A stretch of DNA of 64,000 nt, from positions 31,867 through 95,866 of the IMG/VR virus record IMGVR_UViG_3300005546_000002. The stretch is one strand, 5' to 3'. The position numbers were made by a program, and so were the translations under genes. Below are positions 58,535-64,000 of the stretch, piece by piece (position 1 is the stretch's first letter; each line of letters begins with the position of its first letter). Below the pieces are notes generated by a model. It was given only the letters and a program-made list of their open reading frames with translations, was not told the DNA's origin and did not search any database. This DNA is from a virus (taxonomy: Duplodnaviria > Caudoviricetes).

Positions 58535-58550
58535 GTCACGTTGACGCGAC
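58535..58550. repeat. 16-bp palindrome copy 29 (variant)
   Basis: GTCACGTTGACGCGAC. Confidence 0.9.
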
Positions 58551-58904
58551 TTTCTCAAGAATAACCCTTCATCCTCCCCGAGCGCTTCGTACTCCGGCCC
58601 GATATCCAAGACCTCGCCAATCTCTGCGTTTAGTGCGGTATCAATGTCGGTCATGTACATAACGCTCCCTTTTAGGCCAAGTCGGAACAGTCCGGGCGCT
58701 GGCGGAGCCATTCGTCAAACTCACGAACGAATCTATCGTGCTCTTCGTTTGCCGCTTCCTTAGAGGCAAAAGGGAAGAACTCGAATAGCCCGTTGTCTAG
58801 TTTATATCCCCACTGGAAGGCTCCGTTCTCTTCTTCAACCGCATAATAATGCGTTACGCGATAGAAAGGAAAACCGTAGCCGTCAATATCAAAGCGCTGC
58901 TTGC

Positions 58905-59327
58905 TCATATATCTCGCTCGTTAAAAATCCATACATACTGAATCGAGCATTGCTCTATCCATCCGTAGATTTGCTTATTACTCGGGTCGAGTAACTTCCC
59001 GCCTGTCCAAAATACAATGTGCTGTTCGCCGGGATTGTTTAGGGATGGAACCTGCAACAAGGCGCGACGACCCTGTAGAAGCTGGCGCAAGCTGCCGTGA
59101 GCAGCCCATTCCATTGGCAATCGGACAATCCAGTAGTCCTTATCAATGCTGAGGCCAGCAATCTCAAGTGCTTCCCGGCAGACTGCCCCATGCGTACCGT
59201 GCGCGTCCTCGATTTTCTTCTTGAACACTTCGGGCCACAATTCCTCGTAAGGCTTCTGTACCACCATCGCAATGCAGGCAAGCATGCAATCATAGGTGGA
59301 GTGCTGTTTGCAAATAAGCTGATCCAA
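58905..59327 (-). CDS. Peptidase C39-like protein
   Basis: Q.STYDCMLACIAM...HIVFW....LDP. Confidence 0.75.
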   Translation of the reverse strand: MDQLICKQHSTYDCMLACIAMVVQKPYEELWPEVFKKKIEDAHGTHGAVCREALEIAGLSIDKDYWIVRLPMEWAAHGSLRQLLQGRRALLQVPSLNNPGEQHIVFWTGGKLLDPSNKQIYGWIEQCSIQYVWIFNERDI

Positions 59328-59339
59328 AAGCGTCCCTTT

Positions 59340-60851
59340 CTATTTCGCCAGCTTCAGCTTCGCTGATCCCTGCATGAAGCCGATTCCGCTCAACCCCTGA
59401 TCCTCGCCGAAGAACGTCTCCATAGCCAACGCACAGGCCATAGACAGCGCGACCGTTAGATCAATCTTCTGCCCGTCGCTGCGCTTTACCAGCCGCTTAC
59501 CAGATGTTCCAACCCGCTTCATATCCGCGTTATCAACGTGCTGCCTGAGATCGTTGTTCCCGTCGTGAGCGATCCTGCGATTCATCACCAAGTCGAGTAG
59601 CCCTTTGTCGGCTATCGCCCGCTGCGCCCCCTGATTAAACTCGACCGTCTCAACCACTCGCTGATTCGCCAACCGGGTCATCATCTGGTGAAGCTGATAT
59701 GGATCGTAGGCGCAGCGCAAGATAATCCGCTCCCGACATAGTAGTCTCACTTCCCGTTCGATCTCGTCAAAGTCCAGCGGCTTATCGCCGGGCAACCAGT
59801 CGCGAACATAACCAACCATCAACGCGTCCGCTATCGACGGATGCGGGCCGACTCCTACTATCCCAAACGAGTCGTTCGATACCCCGGCATCAGCCGCCAA
59901 CACCAAAGGCACATGCGGACCCAGTACCTCCATTGATCGACAGTTGTCCCACCAAATGATCGAAGACAGAAATCGCGTCGTATCCTCGATGTCTTCCCAT
60001 TCGGCTTCCAACAGGACGCGCCGCTCCGCCGATGTCAACGACTGACCCCGCGACTGGGTGTAACCGGGCTCAACGTTCCCCGCCATCTCGTTGTCTATAG
60101 TCCGCAGCCGAATCAGGTCGCTATCTCGCTTGAAGCTCGCTAACGGATCGGGCTGATCCGTCAACAGAGGACCGAAGTAATCAAACAGCCAATGCTTCTT
60201 GGGGGTCGTCGTGAGGTACAATTGCGCGGGCTCCCCCTTTGGTCCCGGTATTCTCACGCGACCGTCTAGCACCTTGAGCGCCGCTGGCGTATCGTGCCTT
60301 CTCGCCTCATCGAAGTGAGCAAAGTTTACGTTCGGCCCCTCCCAAGACTTCGGGTCTTCGATTCCCCCACAATGTAAAGTTGATACCATTCCCGTTTCAG
60401 TCCTGAAATGCAGGGAGAATGGACGCTGTGGCTCCCAGTCAGTTCGTAGCCTATACCGCTCGCGCTCCACTAAGGCCATCGGCGGTATCCAATTGCGAAG
60501 CTCTAGCCACATACTCTTCTTGAAATGTTCGAAGTCTGGACTCACGAGGATACCTGTCATCCCGTGCCTGAGTCGCTCTAGGTCTTTAATCGCCCCGGCT
60601 GAACTTTTCCCGCTTCCTTCGCCGCCGGACATGAGAAGGTACCTTTTGGTACTGGTAAAGAACCGCTCTTCATCGGCGTGATGCGGTTTGTACACGTGCC
60701 CAGTTTCAGCATTCACGTACACATCCGGCCAAGGCGAGACCATCGGCGCTTTCTCCGCTTCATCTTGCGGGCCTAGCGCCTCCGCTAGCTTGACTGCAAG
60801 GTCTTCGAACAGCGAGCCGCGTCTATTTTGTAGCCAGTCTTGGGGAAGCAT
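59340..60851 (-). CDS. terL: Terminase large subunit
   Basis: GGEGSGKS, AHFDEA, LTTTP, ADAG...D, YDPYQ, KIDLTVAL. Confidence 0.95.
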   Translation of the reverse strand: MLPQDWLQNRRGSLFEDLAVKLAEALGPQDEAEKAPMVSPWPDVYVNAETGHVYKPHHADEERFFTSTKRYLLMSGGEGSGKSSAGAIKDLERLRHGMTGILVSPDFEHFKKSMWLELRNWIPPMALVERERYRLRTDWEPQRPFSLHFRTETGMVSTLHCGGIEDPKSWEGPNVNFAHFDEARRHDTPAALKVLDGRVRIPGPKGEPAQLYLTTTPKKHWLFDYFGPLLTDQPDPLASFKRDSDLIRLRTIDNEMAGNVEPGYTQSRGQSLTSAERRVLLEAEWEDIEDTTRFLSSIIWWDNCRSMEVLGPHVPLVLAADAGVSNDSFGIVGVGPHPSIADALMVGYVRDWLPGDKPLDFDEIEREVRLLCRERIILRCAYDPYQLHQMMTRLANQRVVETVEFNQGAQRAIADKGLLDLVMNRRIAHDGNNDLRQHVDNADMKRVGTSGKRLVKRSDGQKIDLTVALSMACALAMETFFGEDQGLSGIGFMQGSAKLKLAK

Positions 60852-61046
60852 GATCTTACCGCGCCGCTAAGAAGAGTCCGCCAACAAGCACCACCGCCAG
60901 AGCGAGAGCTGCGGACCATACTTTCGCCGCTTCTTTGAAACCAGAGACCGTCGCCGTCCATAAAAACAATCCAACAAAAACAGCTACGACTAACATAATT
61001 CCAAGCCAGTTTGCTAACGTCAAAGGCATTTCTACGCTCCTATGAA

Positions 61047-61496
61047 CTAAAGACCCTCCGCCGAAATCAATCCAACAGACACATACGAGATACCCTGTCT
61101 ACCTTTGACTGGAACCGGCTCGATAACCCGAACGTCTTTCAAGAACAGTCCGTAGCGCCGCACGCTAAGACATTCTATCAGAGCCTTCGGCTCGTCGTCT
61201 ATCCCCAGCAACCGAGAAGAATCAACCATAGCCGTACAGATCAGGCCGGGCTCGCGAGTTTTCTGAAACTGTTCTGTCTGCTCTATCCGCTCCGTAGACA
61301 AGAACGGAGCCGCATCGCGCAGCCATCCCTTGTCCCAATGCTTCGCCGCGCAGATCGCTATCCGGCGACCCACCAAACACCGAAACCGATTATGCTCCCG
61401 ACTCTCAATAGTCTTCCAGCCGAGCTTTACCCAAGTAGCCCAAGGCTCCCACATGGTAATCACCGGAATCTTCGCTTCTACATCGAATAGGGGCAT
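61047..61496 (-). CDS. ASCH domain protein
   Basis: ITMWEPWATWVKLGWKTIESR...PVPVKGRQG. Confidence 0.88.
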   Translation of the reverse strand: MPLFDVEAKIPVITMWEPWATWVKLGWKTIESREHNRFRCLVGRRIAICAAKHWDKGWLRDAAPFLSTERIEQTEQFQKTREPGLICTAMVDSSRLLGIDDEPKALIECLSVRRYGLFLKDVRVIEPVPVKGRQGISYVSVGLISAEGL

Positions 61497-61764
61497 ATTA
61501 CGATCCTATCAACCCGAACAACAGAATAGCGATAATTAGAGCCTCAACGCCGATCTCTGCTACCCCGCGCGCCGTCTGAAATACTAAACAGATGTGGCAA
61601 TTCGGTTTGTTACAAACGTACCTCAATTCTCTTCCTCCCATTGGAGCGGTACGAGCGCCAGCAACAACGTTTCCCCGTGTAGCTGGCAATACCGACGACC
61701 GTTCCACGGTGCAATATAACAGACCGGATTCAGACAGGGACCGGGCTGATGTATCTGTATCCAA

Positions 61765-62694
61765 TCACAGCGTTGCATCTTCTCGCTCCGTAGTCACGTC
61801 AACGTGACTTTCCTTTGCTTCCGCTTCGATCTCAGCTATTCGGTCGAGAGCCGCATCTACCCCGGACTTAGTTCGAAGCAACGCAACTTTAAGACTCTCG
61901 TCTACGACCTGCTTCAGTGTCTCGATCTTGCGTTCGAGCCCGTGATACCAGCCGCTATCAGGGTTGAACCCTAACGCCCGAATCGTCTCCCTGACTCTAT
62001 CATACCCAGCCATCAACTGGGTCAGCCTCGCGCTCTCTATCTCCAACTCGGTTGCCCGCTCTCTAATCCTTCGCGATACGGAACAGCCTAGTCCTTGATT
62101 CTCCGCCTTCCTCGTCAGCCATTCTTCCCAGAACGCCGCGTTACTCTCTTTCCCTTGATACTCCGGTTGGACCCCTACCCGGCACATCAGGATATACCGA
62201 TACAGCGACTCCGGCATCTCGATCTCGCGATAAGGCGCTTTCTTTTTCGTGATCAGCCGGGCTCCGTTACCTTTCCCTTGAGCCTCCAATAGCCCTACCT
62301 GAGACGGGACTTCGCGGGGATCAATAAGCTTCGCCGGGGTCACGAAGTAGAACTGATTACAGTACGGCAGATACGCGGGCCACTTGTTATCGGCGATGAA
62401 GTCAGAGCGAGACACCTTGATCTCGTAGACCCATGCACAGGGATTAGCCCAGCTTCGATTCATTACCCAAGCATCCATTCGCAGATAGTTACTCGCGCTC
62501 TGAGTCGGTCCGTTCTTACACTCGGGAACGAACACGTCCTTGGAATGACGCTGCTCTAATAACCGCAATAACTCTTCCGCTCCGCGCCGTTCGCGAGGCT
62601 TCGCCCTACGATGACGATCTATCGTCAATTCGTCGGCTATCTCAATGCGTTCGAGCGTCGCCCGATTGAGTTCAATTTGTAGCTGATTATCCAT
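61765..62694 (-). CDS. MmcB-like PD-(D/E)xK nuclease
   Basis: FVPEC...RMDAW...YEIKVSRSDF..D.KW..YL.YCNQFYFV. Confidence 0.85.
   Translation of the reverse strand: MDNQLQIELNRATLERIEIADELTIDRHRRAKPRERRGAEELLRLLEQRHSKDVFVPECKNGPTQSASNYLRMDAWVMNRSWANPCAWVYEIKVSRSDFIADNKWPAYLPYCNQFYFVTPAKLIDPREVPSQVGLLEAQGKGNGARLITKKKAPYREIEMPESLYRYILMCRVGVQPEYQGKESNAAFWEEWLTRKAENQGLGCSVSRRIRERATELEIESARLTQLMAGYDRVRETIRALGFNPDSGWYHGLERKIETLKQVVDESLKVALLRTKSGVDAALDRIAEIEAEAKESHVDVTTEREDATL
61793..61808. repeat. 16-bp palindrome copy 30 (in CDS)
   Basis: GTCACGTCAACGTGAC. Confidence 0.95.
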
Positions 62695-62998
62695 CTACCC
62701 GCACGATGCTCTCAAACCGATCCTTGAACGATTCGTAGAACAGCTCCAAGTCCGCTCTTCCGCGCTTACTCTCTATGCGCACAGCGCCGCGTACTCGAAT
62801 CACCTCTTCCAACTCTCCGATCTTCCCGCGCCCTCCGTCAAAACAGCTATCAGGAATCTCCCCGCGAGAACTCGCCGCTACCCAAGCGATCCCGGCCTCT
62901 TCATCGGCTTCAAAGCAACGACTTAGATGTATATCGTTCAAGTATACGTCTACGATGCCCAGATCGTAACCCAGACTAGAGTTCAACTTTATCTTCAT
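62687..62998 (-). CDS. Hypothetical protein
   Basis: CFEADEEAG motif; coupled. Confidence 0.65.
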   Translation of the reverse strand: MKIKLNSSLGYDLGIVDVYLNDIHLSRCFEADEEAGIAWVAASSRGEIPDSCFDGGRGKIGELEEVIRVRGAVRIESKRGRADLELFYESFKDRFESIVRVDG

Positions 62999-63206
62999 GG
63001 CCTCGCCCTCTTATGACTCTTCCGAGCCTTTCCGCCGCTTCCAATACCTCTTGTTGTGACGCTTTGATCTCTCGCTTTGCATCCTCCAAGTCACGTTGAC
63101 GTGACTTTTTCTCCAGACGCGCGATTTTGACGCTGCTAATCAGCAGCCCTATCGCAAGTAATACTAGAGCTATCGTCGTTAAGATGTTGATCAGATTCTG
63201 AGTCAT
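62976..63206 (-). CDS. Small membrane protein
   Basis: N-terminal TM; palindrome inside the CDS. Confidence 0.6.
   Translation of the reverse strand: MTQNLINILTTIALVLLAIGLLISSVKIARLEKKSRQRDLEDAKREIKASQQEVLEAAERLGRVIRGRGHEDKVEL
63090..63105. repeat. 16-bp palindrome copy 31 (in CDS)
   Basis: GTCACGTTGACGTGAC. Confidence 0.95.
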
Positions 63207-63961
63207 GCCGTTAGCTGCCTCCGCTTCGGAGCGCTCGAATTGACTAAGTTCTCGAACCCCCGTTGCAATTTCGCCTTCGTCTCTTTATCGGTCACATGCT
63301 CGTTGACCAGCGTAAGAATCGCGTTGAACAGCACGTAGGCTTCTGTCGCTGTCATCGTTTCGGCCTGATCCTTCATCCGCTTCGATTCCGATTCGACTAG
63401 CTTGCGCCGTTGCTCTATCAAATCGGTCACCGACTTCCAGACCTCCCAGTCTTCTCCGCCCTTCCTGACCAGTATCTGTAGTACCCGCATCTGGGTCTTA
63501 ATCGACTCCATATCCTGCGCGGTCATCGCGCTCTCGAACTGCGACCAAGCATTTTCCAGTCGCTCCCATATAGTTCCGCCTTCGCCGGAGTCTACTCTCT
63601 TCGCAACGTCCGCTATACGGGCATCTATCAGCGCTATCTCAGGATTGAGCGCCAACTGATTCCGATCTTTCATGCTAGCGGTAAAGTCCGCCCGCATCCG
63701 CTCGGGTAGAATCTTGATATGCCTTGAGAATGCTCCGTGCTTGAAATGCGGGCTCGCTATCCCTCTCGGCGAACCCCCGCCATGTGAATTACACTTCGAA
63801 CTACCCTTGTTAGCCCACTTTTTACAAGTGTTTTTCTTGGCATTACAGAGCAGTTGATTCGACTGTCCGTACCTTGGCGTCCAATCCACGACTTCGTCCG
63901 AGTTGACGGGTTGCCCCGGCTTAGCCTTAGTTTCTTCCGGTTGTTTTACTTCGTCTGCCAA
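63203..63961 (-). CDS. Terminase small subunit-like protein (HGGxS motif)
   Basis: CNAK...C......KCNSHGGGSP......FKHG; upstream of terL. Confidence 0.7.
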   Translation of the reverse strand: MADEVKQPEETKAKPGQPVNSDEVVDWTPRYGQSNQLLCNAKKNTCKKWANKGSSKCNSHGGGSPRGIASPHFKHGAFSRHIKILPERMRADFTASMKDRNQLALNPEIALIDARIADVAKRVDSGEGGTIWERLENAWSQFESAMTAQDMESIKTQMRVLQILVRKGGEDWEVWKSVTDLIEQRRKLVESESKRMKDQAETMTATEAYVLFNAILTLVNEHVTDKETKAKLQRGFENLVNSSAPKRRQLTA

Positions 63962-64000
63962 GCCTTTACCCTCTCTGCTATCTACGCTTCCATCTCGCCG

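Noticed and set aside
1468-63105. 16-bp repeats as a CRISPR array
   Set aside because: Copies are 0.25-5.9 kb apart with whole genes between them, are too short, and no cas genes are present.
1468-63105. Repeats as integron attC sites or IS/MITE ends
   Set aside because: No attC-length stem, no target-site duplications, no integrase or transposase in the window, and copies lie within the core structural operon and inside CDSs.

Overview
This window holds most of a tailed dsDNA phage genome of siphovirus type, encoded almost entirely on the minus strand. Read right to left it contains: TerS-like gene, accessory genes, TerL, accessory genes, portal, MuF-like protein, an extra fibre-like structural operon, protease/scaffold, decoration protein, major capsid, head-tail proteins, tail tube, a frameshifted chaperone, tape measure, tail tip, a lysis module with a GH19 endolysin, then a long early region (two adenine MTase-family genes, HTH proteins, replication initiator, DnaB cut by the left edge). 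I found no integrase, tRNA or CRISPR. The host may be an acidobacterium (weak inference). The most striking unexplained feature is a 16-bp imperfect palindrome, RTCACGTYRACGTGAY, usually followed by TTT. I found 31 copies by eye, about one per 2 kb, at gene junctions, next to promoters, over stop codons, in place of Shine-Dalgarno sites and inside CDSs in several frames. The best candidate reader is a 525-aa protein with an LmbU/ParB-like HTH, four helical repeats and a histone-like tail; one copy sits directly upstream of its gene. Also seen: divergent promoters driving apparently structured non-coding RNAs, a second 3-copy element of about 100 bp, a short helix tag shared by the methylase-family proteins, and a GHKL-ATPase/HExxH moron. 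All family calls come from motif recognition; no searches were run.
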